Part shown: piece after piece, positions 11,998-23,891 of the stretch
Layout of the letters: each line of letters opens with the position of its first letter
Position numbering within the stretch: the stretch's first letter is position 1
NCBI GenBank assembly: GCA_002269645.1
Contig: NIVC01003834.1
Coordinates: 1 to 48,982 of the forward strand
Source of the DNA: Macrostomum lignano
Lineage: Eukaryota
DNA length: 48,982 nt
Reading direction: 5' to 3'
Program-made: the position numbers and the translations under genes
Notes under the pieces: model-generated
Seen by the model: the letters and a program-made list of their open reading frames with translations, nothing else
Database searches by the model: none
What the model was told of the DNA's origin: nothing

Positions 11998-12338
11998 TGA
12001 TTAGAGGAGGTCAGTATGGAGTTCACTTTCTGCTCTTTTGTGCAACGTCCGCGCATCGATCCAGCACTTTGGTTATCAGTGCCGGGTGAGGCGCTGCTTC
12101 TCTTTCTCCACTCGGCCAAATTCCATGCGCGCCTGCACCGATCGACCTCGACTGTCAGCCGTTGCTTTATCTCACCCGCCAGTCGGGATATCTTGCCGTC
12201 TTTGCTTACCTAGCACCGCACCGACTGACCCTGCCCAGTGCCTCAATTGATGTTGTCATCTCGCTTGGCCTGATATCTGGGATGGAGGTTGCTGTTAGAT
12301 TCTTATCAGACTTAACTCCCCGCTACTGACCTCTAATC
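11998..12338. mobile_element. Possible MITE with imperfect TIRs
   Basis: GATTAGAGGAGGTCAGTATGGAGTT at ~12000 versus AACTCCCCGCTACTGACCTCTAATC at ~12313-12337. The segment is absent from the paralogous unit near 38270-38380. Confidence 0.45.
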
Positions 12339-13635
12339 GTTTCATTTATGCGCCGTGTCTTTTCACTTTCACTTATTTTAGCTCGCACTTCTAACCTAAG
12401 CTCACCTCGCTTTTGGCGTTCTTGTACTTTGCTAATAATTTTATGAGCCCTATTCTTGCAAATTTCTAAACCCTATATGCGATTAGCTACAGATTTTGCT
12501 GTAAAAATTAAAGCAAAAACATTGACACAAATCGATTAAAAGGTATTGAAATAATCGTAAGAAAAAATAAACACATTATGCGCTATTTATTCGATTATTA
12601 CACGAGTAAGTACAAACTAAATAGATTAGAGGTATGGAATGTCATTTTTGCTCTTACAGGGCTTTAACAAACGTTGGGGGAACATGTAGCTAAACTAATC
12701 GTGCATAACTCCGTTAATTATTTATGAAAAAAATAAATCACAGGACAGCACTTTGAAACGAGAACAAACTGATTTGCAAAAATATCAATTCTAATGTATC
12801 TAACAGTCTCTGAAACGCCATTTGTACGCTCGTAGTATGTGTAAAACATATCTATATGGGAATTGTGATTAATAGGAAATCTGGATAAGAAATTGCACTC
12901 GTAACTGAAGTTTTCATTTCCGCCAGATGCTTCACCACGAATAAGTTGACGAAGTATGCAAAATGCAGTTGCAACTTCGTTCAGTCAATACATTGACAGA
13001 GCGAGCAAACAGCCTCAGGATAAAAAAATGCGCAAAATTCAGGCAAGGTGCGGTAGTGCTCTCATTCACCGAACGATGCTAAATAAATAATATAATTAAT
13101 TCACAGTAAAATCTATTCCTGCTTGATTTTGCGGGCTAGACTGGAGGAATCTGCGATCTGAATCTGAAGATTCCTCTGGAGGAATCTCCAGAGGAATCTG
13201 GAGGAAAATATGCGCGAGCTAGTCTGAACATTCTTGCACGATGGAAAGAAGATTATGCTTGTAGTCTATGGCTGTTATGCTAAATATAGAAACATGGCGC
13301 ATTACATTCTTGCACGATTGACATTCCTGCATGGAGTGCACATGTAAATTCAAGGTGCTTTTACCATAGACACTTGCATTTCTGCACGCATATGGCGACT
13401 TCCAAAGCATTCTTACACGCTGGATCAAATAAGAATGCTTAAGAAACGGCCCATTCTCTGCCCGATATCGGGTTGGGCCATAGACGAAGACGAAACGATT
13501 GTATTTAAAACGTTAAAAGTGCAACATTAAAAAGAGTACAACAGTAACGATTTAATATAGTCTTGTGGTGCAACCCACGCCGTCTTTACAGTACATAAGG
13601 TAGTCAATGCCCAAGTGGCGTTCAGAGGTACTCAC

Positions 13636-14022
13636 TTATAGGAAAAATAGAACACGGGATCCATTTTTCTCTAGCACTGCAGTCGGCAGAACTCCATTAA
13701 AGTCCCTTTGTCCGCAGTCAACAGCAGATACTTTTAGGTCGCCACGCTCAACGCTAAAACCAGGCGATTGAAGTGGGACGTCGCTCGTGACTCGTTTAAC
13801 GATTGGACCAGGCGGTGAAGAATCCATTGTCAGAGCATTGGACAGTTGACGCTTCTTCCCTGGCGAGATCCGCTTTGTGTACCTCTGAACCGACTCTGGC
13901 CTCTTGTGACCGGTAACACATTGAATGTCGCCAACAGAAATGCCCTTGTTTGCTAGTGTCGTGACAACTGTAGCACGGAGACAATGATTGGTGTAGTTCT
14001 GTGATAGATTCGCTCTTGTAGA
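13636..14022 (-). mobile_element. Crypton-like tyrosine recombinase, C-terminal catalytic fragment (5' truncated)
   Basis: ISTRANLSQNYTNHCLRATVVTTLANKGISVGDIQCVTGHKRPESVQRY contains HxxR, (G)H and Y catalytic residues in the spacing typical of Crypton/DUF3504-type YRs. The ORF-track N-terminus (14023-14121) is just duplicated flank, as it matches 39020-39110. The insert ~13110-14022 is absent from the paralogous unit. Confidence 0.8.
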
Positions 14023-14386
14023 AATCCAAAGCGCATGTAGAGATGCATTGAGCTGATGAATAGTATATGTGTATGCTAAGCCATCCGGTCGAAAATGGAT
14101 CAAGGTGCAATGACAAAACAATAGAAGTGCAAAATCTGTTTACGTTCGACAAGCAGTATTTGACACACATATCGCACAGGAAAAATGTTCTGAACACTGG
14201 CAGTGTTGCTCCTGTTCTGCAGTACATGCACGTACACACTAAATTTATGGATTGCAACACGAGAAACGAGATATTCCAACGCGTTTCATTGAGTTTGCAC
14301 TGTGCACTTCTTCTTTTTGTTATAAAATGGCATCACTAGAAGCTTAGGCACTTGACAGTCACCCAATTATTGTCAAATTTACTTCT

Positions 14387-17112
14387 TCATTTGAAAGTTC
14401 GAACCCGGGGCCAGAAGCGGGCAGTGATGTTAAACGGTTTTTTCCGCTCCTTGGCGAATGAGCCATAGCCAAGATGAAGGAATCTGTGAACGCAGATTGT
14501 GGAATTGTCCGAGTCATCGTAGCGCCAGTTCTTCGACTCAAGCATGATGCAGCCGCGCTCTTTCCAGCTGCGCCGCGAGTCCGGCTTCGATTTGGCTGCA
14601 GCTGGAAGGCAGGGCACAAAATTGAATTATTAATTAGAATTGGATTAGAACTATGCAATGATAACGCCGGAAAGAGCGACTACTGTTTTTGTTAGATCCT
14701 ACTTCACCCTCTCCAGCCCTCTCGCAGATTGCATTGTTGAAGCCACCTTGTATTGGTACAGTGAAATCTGCTCAAATCATGATTGCGTTTCATTGACGCT
14801 ATGGACCAAATTAATGCTGCTGTCCCAGCCTTGCTACCATAGACAAAAGCTCCGTTACTTTGTAAAAATATACCTTTTAACAATTTTTTGGACATAAGTG
14901 AAGTTAATTTTGTCATTAGTCAGCCCAGCTCTAGAAAAGTGAGTTTGATTTAGTCAGCAGTCGGGGCTTACCATAGACTTTAGTTAAGAAATGAAATCGA
15001 TTTAATCAAGTTCCTCTAAATCCGTCTTTCGTAACTTTCATTAAGTCAAAGCGAATTTTATTTAGTCGTTATAGCTTTGAGAAGATACAAGTAGTGAAAC
15101 AAGAACGCAAACGAACACCAGACACAAGACGCTTCATTTTTCAATTAACGATGTCTTCCATGGCAATGCAACGGGGTATGTACCTAAGGCTCTCACGATG
15201 CCAGGTTTCGCAGTGAGGCTGTGTCACAGCTGCCATACTGGCCTCCAGCTCACGCTCTAGAATGCGGGCGCGGTGTTCTTGCAGAGTGACGCGTCCACTT
15301 TGTTCGTATTTAACGATAACATTTCTGGCAGACTGACGGGGGATGTTTAGCTGTCTCGCTAGTTGCTGCCAATCGGCATTGCCAATAAAAGCGTCGATGA
15401 GTCTTCGCCGGTCCTGCTCAGAGATAGTGACTCTGTGAATGCCTGCAGCTGCCGCCATGATGACTAAATAAAATTCACTTTGACTAAAATCAAGTCATGG
15501 AAGGGTTTAAATACGTGGCCCTTGACTAAATCGATTTCATTTCTTTACTATAGTCTATGGTAAACCCCGAGTGCTGACTAAATCAAACTCACTTTTCTAA
15601 GACTGAGCTGGCTAATGACTAAATTGACTTCACTTGTGTCCAAAAAATTGTTAAAAGGTATATTTGGGATTAAATTCAATGCATGTAGCCCAATTGTCAT
15701 TGACTTTTCTTAGCTCAAGTGTCCCTTTTGGGGTATCAATGAATGAAATTTCGTCTCGAATTTTCGTAGTCTATGGTAAAACAAGTTCCAACCAAGTATG
15801 CTTTTTTATTTTAAAAGAAATTATACTTTTATAGGATTATTATGATTTAGTTTTCTTTTACGCTTTCGTACTTTTATAATTTCGTAACAGTAACGCAACA
15901 ATTTTCGGCTTTTTACTTTAGTTCATTCAATCAGACGACGTTTTACTTTTTCAAAGCTATTACCTACCAACTCCAGTTAGATTAAACGTGCAATTCTGGA
16001 AGGTCCCGTTGAAGTTCACGATGATTGCAGCCGGCTCTGATTGCCGTTCTCCATACTTGGTTTCAATAGCCCTTGTCTAGCAAAGGGAGCGTCGCTCGTC
16101 CACGTAGTCCGAAATAGTAAATTAGGTGGAATATTACCTTTTGAGGGCAGGGAAGAATGGCCTGACGCACTGTACGTTCATATCCAGGTAAATTCCTGCA
16201 AATAGTGGAGCAGAGTGGCGAAACGTAACGAGGGGACCACCGACTCCTATTGACAGACTTTGTTGTCACGTTTTAGCTGATTCTAAAATAAGCTTGTGCT
16301 ATGTGTCTGTTTTGCATGCATTTAATTTTACGCTCATATGTACATTTTTGCGTTTATTTTGCCTTTCATGACTCGCTTGACTGGCTGAAAACTTACTTGA
16401 TTATTTTTGTTGTTGTTGTTGTGGCTGTTGTAGAAACTGTTGTCGCTGTTGTTTTTGTTGTTGTTGTTATCCATTTACACATGAAGCATTGTAAGTTGCG
16501 ACTGTCAAAAAGCCACAGGGCCATGATGCTATTTAACAAAAACGTCTGATGTCACTCCTGGCAGCCGCTTGAGATTGCAAGGCGCTTATCAAAACCTACA
16601 GGGATTCGCTAGCGAATAGAGCAAAGTGAATATTGCATTTACCGCCAGAGCTGCTAGTTAAGCAGAGCAGTCCGTGGTTAGTACCGTAGTCGAATAGTCA
16701 GGTAATGAGAGAGTAGTCCGTCGAGCTGAAGTACAGATGCCCCTGCTGATAGAAAAATTGGTTGTCACCCCCATAGTGGGAGCACTTTACTCGTTCAAGT
16801 TGCATGGCTTGAATGTTTCTATTTTTAGCTCGTCTAATTTCCCACTTTCTTGTGTGAAATACTTAAATTTTCTTTCAACAAAATGTGACCGAAGTTGCAT
16901 CTCTTTTTAGCATGATTCAGCTTCTAATGCTTTCCTGAAAAGGAACTCAAAGCTCCGGGTGAACAACAAGTCCTCAAAGCCGCTCACCTCCAAAGTGGTG
17001 CAGAACAATGTACCGAATAGAGTCGGCCGCTCCAGCACGTCAGAGTATTTCTTGTACTTGGCGAGAAACTCCGGATAGGCGGAGCTGATCAGCGCCTCCG
17101 CGTCGCTGTCCC
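14387..17112 (-). pseudogene. GT32 paralogue 2, pseudogene
   Basis: Last exon 14601-14387 is intact (..ICVHRFLHLGY..RVRTFK*). The middle exon is only ~16195-16143, with DxD mutated (GIYLDMN). The exon-A remnant 17112-16988 has a 1-bp deletion relative to paralogue 4 (ERPTLF vs ERADSIRY), and its 5' part is replaced by a YR retrotransposon. Confidence 0.85.
14871..15660 (-). mobile_element. Internally deleted Tc1/IS630-like DNA transposon with ~140-bp TIRs and TA target-site duplication
   Basis: TA|TACCTTTTAACAATTTTTTGGAC... ...GTCCAAAAAATTGTTAAAAGGTA|TA. Internal ORF 15141-15458 joins an HTH (ISEQDRRRLIDAF..WQQLARQLNIPRQSARNVIVKY) to a transposase-like C-terminal tail (CETWHRESLRYIPRC); no DDE domain. 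Confidence 0.85.
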
Positions 17113-18773
17113 AGCGGCCCCCCTCGGCGCTGCTTATCCCGGACTTCCTGGATAGCGTCTCGGAGAGTCGGACGCGGAGTTTCTGAGCGCGGGCATTCGC
17201 GATGGCTTTCGCATCACCGACGCGGTTCCGACTAGCGAATCCCAGCTCGAAAATCATGCATCCGCCCGCTGCGAGGCGAATCGGCATGCCGTTTAGCTGC
17301 AGATCAGAGAGGAGGTTGTGGCCGGCCGGAACATCCGCGCAACTGACTTGGGCATCGCCAGGCCGACCATCATCAGCCCACTGGGCGCCGTCCCGAAGGC
17401 AGACGGTGCCATCCGCCTGATTCATGACGCGTCCGCGCCACAGGGCAACAGTCTCAACGATCTGTACAAGCCCCGCCAGAAGCAGAAGTTTGCCTGTGTC
17501 GAGGATCTCACCAGGCAGCTGGCACCAGGCTAGTTCCTCAGCAAGGTCGACCTTCGACATGCCTACCGAAGCGTTCAGGTGCACCCAGACTGCTACCAGG
17601 CAACGGGCCTCCGGTGGACGTTCGAGCTGGACGGTCAGCCAACCTAACTGGTTGACACGCGACTCCCATTCGGTGCGGCGGCATCGGTCAACGTTTTCCA
17701 CCGCCTAACGCAAGCTGTCAAGCGCTACATGTACAGACAATTCTCGCATCTGTCCAAATTCACCGTCATCGCCTATCTCGACGATTTCTGCATAGCTGCC
17801 CGGGACTTACGAGGTCTGCCTGCAGCTGCACATTTTTTTGCTGGCCACCCTGCAGCGCCTCGGCTTTGAGATCAACTGGGCCAAGACGCAGAGCCCAGCC
17901 ACTTCGGTCGCTTTCCTGGGTGTGCAGATCGACACATTGACTGGCCTGCTGTCGCTGCCCACCGAGAAGATGGGCGGCCTTAGAGAACTTCTCCAGGACT
18001 GCGCCAACTCGAAGAGCCTGCAAAAACGTCACCTTCAGCACCTAGTCGGCAAACTGAACTGGTTCTGCAAAGTGGCCAAACCTGCAAAGGCCCTGCTCCG
18101 CGCGCTCCTGGAGATTGCAATCGCTATTCCTGAGCAGCATCAACGAGTACCGATGCGCGGCGAGCTGTTAGCCCAGTTGCAGTTCTGGCAGCATGCGATT
18201 CCAGTGTTCCCGACCGACAAGCTGTGGCGACGTACACGAGTGCTGGCAGCGATTGAGACAGACGCCTACATCAGTGCCGGTAGCATGATCCTGAGCACCT
18301 CTGATGGCCAGCGCGAGTTCCGCCTCGTCGACTTCTGCAGTGACGCCGGTGGCTTCTTCCTGATCGAGCACATCAACGCCAAAGAGACGGTACTGCCGCT
18401 GCTTGCCATCATTCTGTTCCAGGAGCAGCTGGCCGGCGGCAAGTTGGCCTGCTACGTCGACAGCAGCGCGGCGGTCGGCACCATCAACCGTGGTGCCTCC
18501 AGCAACCCGATCATCATGACCCTGCTCAAAACAGCCACTCTGGCAGCGCTGAGGCACGACTTTCAGTTTCGGGCTCACCATATGCCGGGGTCCTGGCAGC
18601 TGCTGAGCGACCCGCTGTCGCGCTGCCTGACGCATCCACGCCACATGCTGCTGTTTCTGCTGCGCTACTTCGACCGGGCCAAGGCACAGCCGGAAGATCT
18701 GCGCAGGGCCTGCCTCAATGAGTCAACGGCGGCCCGGTTGCTTGAACAGGCGTCGCTCGCTCTGAGCCCCGGT
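17113..18773 (+). mobile_element. Defective DIRS-order (Ngaro/PAT-like) YR retrotransposon A: RT and RNase H, start of YR; 5' and 3' truncated
   Basis: ISPLGAVPKADGAIRLIHDASAP, KVDLRHAYRSV, LVDTRLPFGAAASVNVF, AYLDDF, VAFLGVQIDT, RNase H IETDA / INAKE / CYVDS / LSDPLSR. Stop codons at ~17531 and ~17646 and a frameshift near 17810. Confidence 0.9.
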
Positions 18774-21059
18774 CTCTGGTGCGGTTCTCGAGCGGAGCGA
18801 GTTGCGACGACCGAAGCAGATCCCGAGCTAAGGTGTGAGTCTTAGGTCTAGTGCTGTGATCTGGCTTTTTCAGCTTGCTTTTAATTTCTTCTGCGGCTCG
18901 TTGATTTGATTTGGCACGCTTGTCTCCTTCCTCCCTCTTTCTGTTGGTGTTGGGGTTCGCTTCCCCTTTCCGGACCAGGTCTGCCGGTCTTTTGTGCCAC
19001 TTGCTTTTAATCTGCGTTAGTCTTTTGGGGTTTAATAATAAGAAATTATATCAAGCTCATTGCTAAATTTTTCATGTCGGCCTTAAGCTGCATCACAAAT
19101 CAATTGGAGAAGCATGCAAAATTCAACTTTGATCTTTGATTGTCTTTGATTCAGACAAAAGCTAAGGCAATCAATATGACAGCCGCGAGTGAGCGGCGAC
19201 AAACACCACGCCTCAAGCCGTCAGGAATGGCTTTAATTGCCCGTAAGCGGGCCCCTTTTCGGGGTGACGTTTTCGGTTGTTAATGATCGGTCGGGCACCG
19301 TTCCATTTGCGCTCTCTAACTAACTAACTAACTAAATAAGTATTCCGGCGCCTCAGCCATTGATCAGGCTCTTACGCCACTAGTAAAAATTAAGGTTCCA
19401 GATTAGGATTGTACTCAGGTACACAAGGTTTCTAAGCTAGAGTGAGAGTGACTGTGGCCAACAAGCTGAGCAGGCAACACCAGTCGGGCAAAGGGCGGGC
19501 CCTACCCCTGCCTTCGGAGCGTTAAGCCTACTCCAAGCTCAAATCAAAACCTCCCCGGGGCTAGAGGGGGTTGAGTGAACCATTCAGGGAAGCCCGTGCC
19601 ATCTCCTGGGTTAGGAATGCCAAAAAACCGATCAAATGACCGCCCCCACGGCCGTGGCAACCCGAAGGATCCTCCCCACCCACTAAACCCCGGATACTCT
19701 TGCCAGACAGTCTCTTATCTTTGAAGCGGCAGGAGGGCTCTCTCCCCTGCTCTGGCCGCTTTGTACTCTGTGTGTACTCTCTCCCTCCGTCGCGCCCCTC
19801 CCCCTCCGTCTCTCTGCCCCGCGCGCACCCACCTCCCACTCTGGTTTTAAGGACTGCTCGCGTTGTTTTGACTCGCCTTGTCTGTTTGCGCGAGTCAATT
19901 TTTCTTTTTATCTTTTTTTATCCCGATTCCAAGTTGCTCCGCTTGTCTTTGTAAAACCTCCAAAAGTCCGATGGTAAGCACTGCTTACCATGCGCACACC
20001 CTAGTTTCAGTCTAGGCAGAGGTCAGAGGATTCAGATCAAATATAATATATGGTAAAATACACACTCCGTTCCGGTCGGCTCTGTTGATCTTCCCTGTTT
20101 TTTTAGTTTAGATCTATGTTTCTTAATGTTTCTTATACCAACGGTACGAAAAAGTTCAGCTTCCTTGAAATATAACTGCAGTATACCTGTAGTGAAATCA
20201 CAGGTATTTTGCTGAGTGGGAAAGCACTTGAGTACGAATAAATTGAGTAACACCGTAAGTTAATTAAAATTTTCTGAAGAGAAACAATATACGAGTGTAT
20301 GATGCAAACATGAAATCTGGGACTTGAATGTCAGCAGAACAGAGGCGGATGCAGCATTTTTGGATCCATTAAACTTTTTTAATAGTGCAGAATTTTTGTA
20401 GCTAGGGGGCGGCAGCAAAGGGAAAAGACGCTGATGGGAGAGCTGCGCGGCAGGAGTTGTTTGGGGGGCAGTTGTCCCCTTTGCCCCGCCTAAACCCTCA
20501 GCTGGAGCAGAAATGAAAACAAATAACAAATAAACCAAATTAGCTAACAGGACAAAGACGGAAGGCGCGGGGATGGCGAGGACGACGAAGGGCAGGCGAA
20601 GCGAGCCCGCTAGCAGTTACGAGTATATTTCGATAGTATTGAAGCTTAAGAGAAACAAAATTGCTGCGTAAAACAGGAGAACCAAAATCATAGGATAGAA
20701 GAAAAAGCAAGGAAAGACAGAAAAAAAATTGCGAGGGCAAACGCGCTGAACAGAACATCGCGCACGCACATAAAAGGCCAACCGACAAAAGGCCAACCGA
20801 CAAAAGGCCAACCGCCCCAGCACCCCGCGCACCCCCACCCCCCACACGCCGGCACAAAGAACAGCCCGCGCAAGCACGCACAAAGGCGACCGTCCTGTCA
20901 GCTAAACGCGATTACAGCGCCAGTACCCCAGCACTGAAATCGCCAACTTAGCTAACAGGACAAAGACGGAAGGCGCGGGGATGGCGAGGACGACGAAGGG
21001 CAGGCGAAGCGAGCCCAAAACCCCAACCTAGGAGAGTCAGGAGTCAAGGATGGAGCCAG

Positions 21060-22685
21060 GGAGCGAGAGCGTCGCCGCAAGGCAGAGTGGCGCGCGGCGC
21101 TCAGCATCAGGTGGCGGCAGGTATCGCTCCACCGCGCTGCTGGCCCAGTCGCCGACTCTCATGACAGAGTCGATGGGGATGCCGGCGTTGGCCGCAGACG
21201 TCGCGCCCCCTCGACGCCCCCTCGAAAAGCTGGAAGGGTCGGCGAAGCCGGCTCGATGCAGGGCAGCGCGCAGGGCCTTAGCGAAGACCCGCGGCGTGAG
21301 CGGTCTTACTCCTTGTCCTGAGCGGACGCCGAAGAGATGATGCTGGGCGGCTTGTGGTCGGTTGAGCGACAGCTGCTTCTGGAGCGCTGCGACTGGGCAG
21401 AGCGGGTTGCCGATTGGGAGCTGCGGTGCTGGCGCGATCCGAACTGGTTCGTTTTAGATCTCGGGATGACGAGGGTGGCGCCGCCCCTCGATGGTCGGAT
21501 GCAGCTCGCGCAGAGGTCTCGCCGCGGATCGAACCGGCCGGAGACGCACAGGTTGGCCTTCCGCAACATGGCCCACCAGCCGACGATGCAGGCACACCAG
21601 AACGCGCAGTCGTGTGGCTCGCCTGGCTGTAGCACGCTGTACAGTCGATGCAGGTCGGCCGGAAGCAGAGCTTGTTTGGCCTTTGGGGCGGCCCCCAGGA
21701 GTCGGCGAGCTCCGCGCATGGCGAGCTGAACCAATGGTTGCCTGGTTGGGTCGGGCAGACCGTTTGCCTTGTACAACCAGGACACAGCGGCGAGGTGGCA
21801 CGCCAGGCTGCTGACAGAGCGCAGCCGGTTGCTGGCCAGCTCGGCCAGGTAGTTGCACACGTCGGCAGGCCGGGCTGCGAGCGGTCGAATGACATGGGCA
21901 GCGCAGAAGCGGTGCCAGGATGCGCACTGGCTGGCGTAGGCGGAGCGAGTCGAGCTGGCGAAGCCCTGGCCGAGCAGTTGGCGGGCGGGCGCAGTGAGGC
22001 CGGGAACCGGGACCACAGGAGGCGGACCTGAAAAAGGAGGCGGGAGGCAGCGGCAGGCAAGCAAGCTGGTCGGCACATAGCAGGTGCCATAGAAGCGCAG
22101 GAGAAAATTGGCAAGCTGGATGGCGTTGTGGGATCTAGACAGCGGGTCAGCTAGCAGCTGGAAGCGGCCAGGCACGTGATGCGCGCGGACAATTATGTCG
22201 TGCTTGATGCAGGTCAGGGCGACACGCCGTTGCAGATCAGCAATGCCGCGGTGCTTAGCGGAGCCGGAATTGATTATGCCGCAGGCGGCGGTGCTGTCGG
22301 TGTAGACCGCAATCGAGCGGCCCTTAAGGGCTTCCTGGTGCTGCAGGAGCGCAACGAGGGGAGCGGCACACTCTTTGAGGTTGATGTGGAGCTCGTTGAA
22401 AGCGCTGTCGCAGTCGATCTGCCAGTCAATGTAGAGCCAAGTCGAGCCTCTGTCGCCAAAGCGCAGCACAGCGCCTCCGCCCGCTTCACAGGCGTCGGAT
22501 TCGATAGCAGCCGCCGGCGGGCGGGAGGGCCAGGCAGCCTTAGCCGGCAGCATGCTCAGGGCGGTTTTCCACCATCTCAGCTGCAATTGGAGCTCCTCGG
22601 CGACTGGGAGCCGATCAGACGGGTGCGACAAGCTGTTGGCGAACTTGATCAGTGGAACGTCCGGCCGTGCTGCGCCACTGTGCAC
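21060..22685 (-). CDS. RNase H plus tyrosine recombinase region of element B (disrupted)
   Basis: AIESDACEAGGG, HINLKE, IAVYTDS and LLADPLSR run in-frame into GFASSTRSAYASQCASWHRFC, AMLRKANL and SKTNQFG. After a break the C-terminal part reads RRGGATSAANAGIPIDSVMRVGDWASSAVERY (~21230-21120). Confidence 0.85.
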
Positions 22686-22807
22686 ATGTGGCTGAGGTGC
22701 CCCAGCAGCTTCTGCAGCTCGGACTTGCTGATAGTCTTCTTGAAGGTGCTGGCGTTGAGCAGAAGCTGGAGTTTTTCAGCTTTGTCGGGAGGGAAGGACA
22801 GGCTCGC

Positions 22808-23701
22808 CTACACGGTGCCGATATCGATCCCGAGGAACCTCAGCTTGGTCGTTGACGGTACGCTCTTCTTCTCGTTAATGGTGAACCCGAGCCTCGTGAG
22901 CAGGTCACGCAGCTCGTAGTAGGCCAGGTGGCACTCGGCTTTCGTCCTGGCAGCGATGAGAAAGTAATCGATGAAAAAGATGGTGGACAGAAATCCTTTG
23001 CGACACATCATGCGGCGGACAGCTTGCGTGAGGCGATGGAAGACGGATACCGAAGCGCGACTGCCGAACGGGAGGCGAGTGTCCACCAGGAAGGCCGGGC
23101 GGCCGTCGTCGAAGTCCCAGTGAATTCCGGTGGCTTGATAGCACTGCGGAGAGATGGGCACGCTGCGATATGCCGAAGCGATATGATCTTTCGCCATGAA
23201 CCAGCCCGGCTGCAGCATCCGGATGGCCTCGTCCACAGATGTGAAGCGGAGCCGACGTTGCTGCACGTAGTGATCGTTAAGGCTGCAGCCGCGAGGGACG
23301 GAGCAGTCGTGGATCAGCCGGATGTCGGAGCTGTCTTTCGGAATGGCGCCAAGCGGGCAGACCATCGTCGGCTTGTCAGCGACGGGGACGTATCTCCCGC
23401 GTCGAATTTCGTCCTCTAGGACAGCTTGAACTTTGCTGTGATACTGATTGACAGATTGATAATTGCTGCAGAAGCAAGGAGTAAAATCGAAGTCGTCGGC
23501 GATGGAGAAGCCATGCTCGATGCCATGCAGGATAATCTCAGCGTCGTTGTCGCTAGCCAACTCGAGGCGCCAAGCGTCGATGCGGAGGTCACCTCGGGGG
23601 GCGGTGAGGTCGGAGGTCTTGTCCGGAGGCAAGCTAGTGGCTGGCCACGGGTCGAGCTTAACTGGGCTGGCCAGGGCAGGTGGCATAAAATCAGGAGGCA
23701 T
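22808..23701 (-). CDS. Reverse transcriptase of element B (disrupted)
   Basis: VCPLGAIPKDSSDIRLIHDCS, YRSVPI, FLVDTRLPFGSRASVSVFHRLTQAV, LRFLGIDI; clearly homologous to element A. Confidence 0.9.
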   Translation of the reverse strand: MPPDFMPPALASPVKLDPWPATSLPPDKTSDLTAPRGDLRIDAWRLELASDNDAEIILHGIEHGFSIADDFDFTPCFCSNYQSVNQYHSKVQAVLEDEIRRGRYVPVADKPTMVCPLGAIPKDSSDIRLIHDCSVPRGCSLNDHYVQQRRLRFTSVDEAIRMLQPGWFMAKDHIASAYRSVPISPQCYQATGIHWDFDDGRPAFLVDTRLPFGSRASVSVFHRLTQAVRRMMCRKGFLSTIFFIDYFLIAARTKAECHLAYYELRDLLTRLGFTINEKKSVPSTTKLRFLGIDIGTV

Positions 23702-23891
23702 AAAATTGGAGTCGCGCGCCCGGTTGGCGCGCTCACTCAGTTTTTTGGATGGTTCTGCTCAGAATGGCTGCCCTCGCAGATACGACAGGCGTGAAGGAAT
23801 CGGCAGTGGTTTCTAGCGCAACCGCCAGTGCTGTTGAAGGACAGACATAGTTCGCGGCCCGAAGAGGTGCGCGGTCCCATGACGCGGTTCT

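Larger units (their letters stand above)
10320..17112. repeat. Segmental duplication unit (paralogous to ~37040-42330; a partial third copy at ~28440-30492)
   Basis: Colinear matches: 10320-10720 with 37040-37570, the 23-bp array in both, 11430-11720 with 38000-38270, 12460-13110 with 38380-39010, 14030-14660 with 39020-39660, and 16550-17112 with 41770-42330. Confidence 0.85.

Noticed and set aside
13796-14339. ORFs overlapping the Crypton fragment and the apparent N-terminus of the 161-aa YR ORF
   Set aside because: Sequence beyond ~14022 matches non-coding duplicated flank at ~39020-39340, so it is not part of the recombinase.
14387-14617. Possible THAP zinc-finger (W..C..W..ICVHRF), also at 6667-6990, 28648-28874 and 39387-39601
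   Set aside because: These segments splice in phase onto the GT32 catalytic exons and represent the enzyme's C-terminal H-x-x-x-H region; the N-terminal C2 of THAP is absent.
16907-17701. 264-aa ORF on the - strand
   Set aside because: A chimera of antisense RT sequence and a frameshifted GT32 exon remnant, not a real gene.
18780-19950. Possible terminal repeats of element A or another retroelement
   Set aside because: Pyrimidine-rich, repeat-like sequence, but no second copy in the window to define its boundaries.
21050-23816. Numerous overlapping Ala/Arg/Pro-rich ORFs on both strands
   Set aside because: Shadow ORFs of the GC-rich retrotransposon coding sequence.
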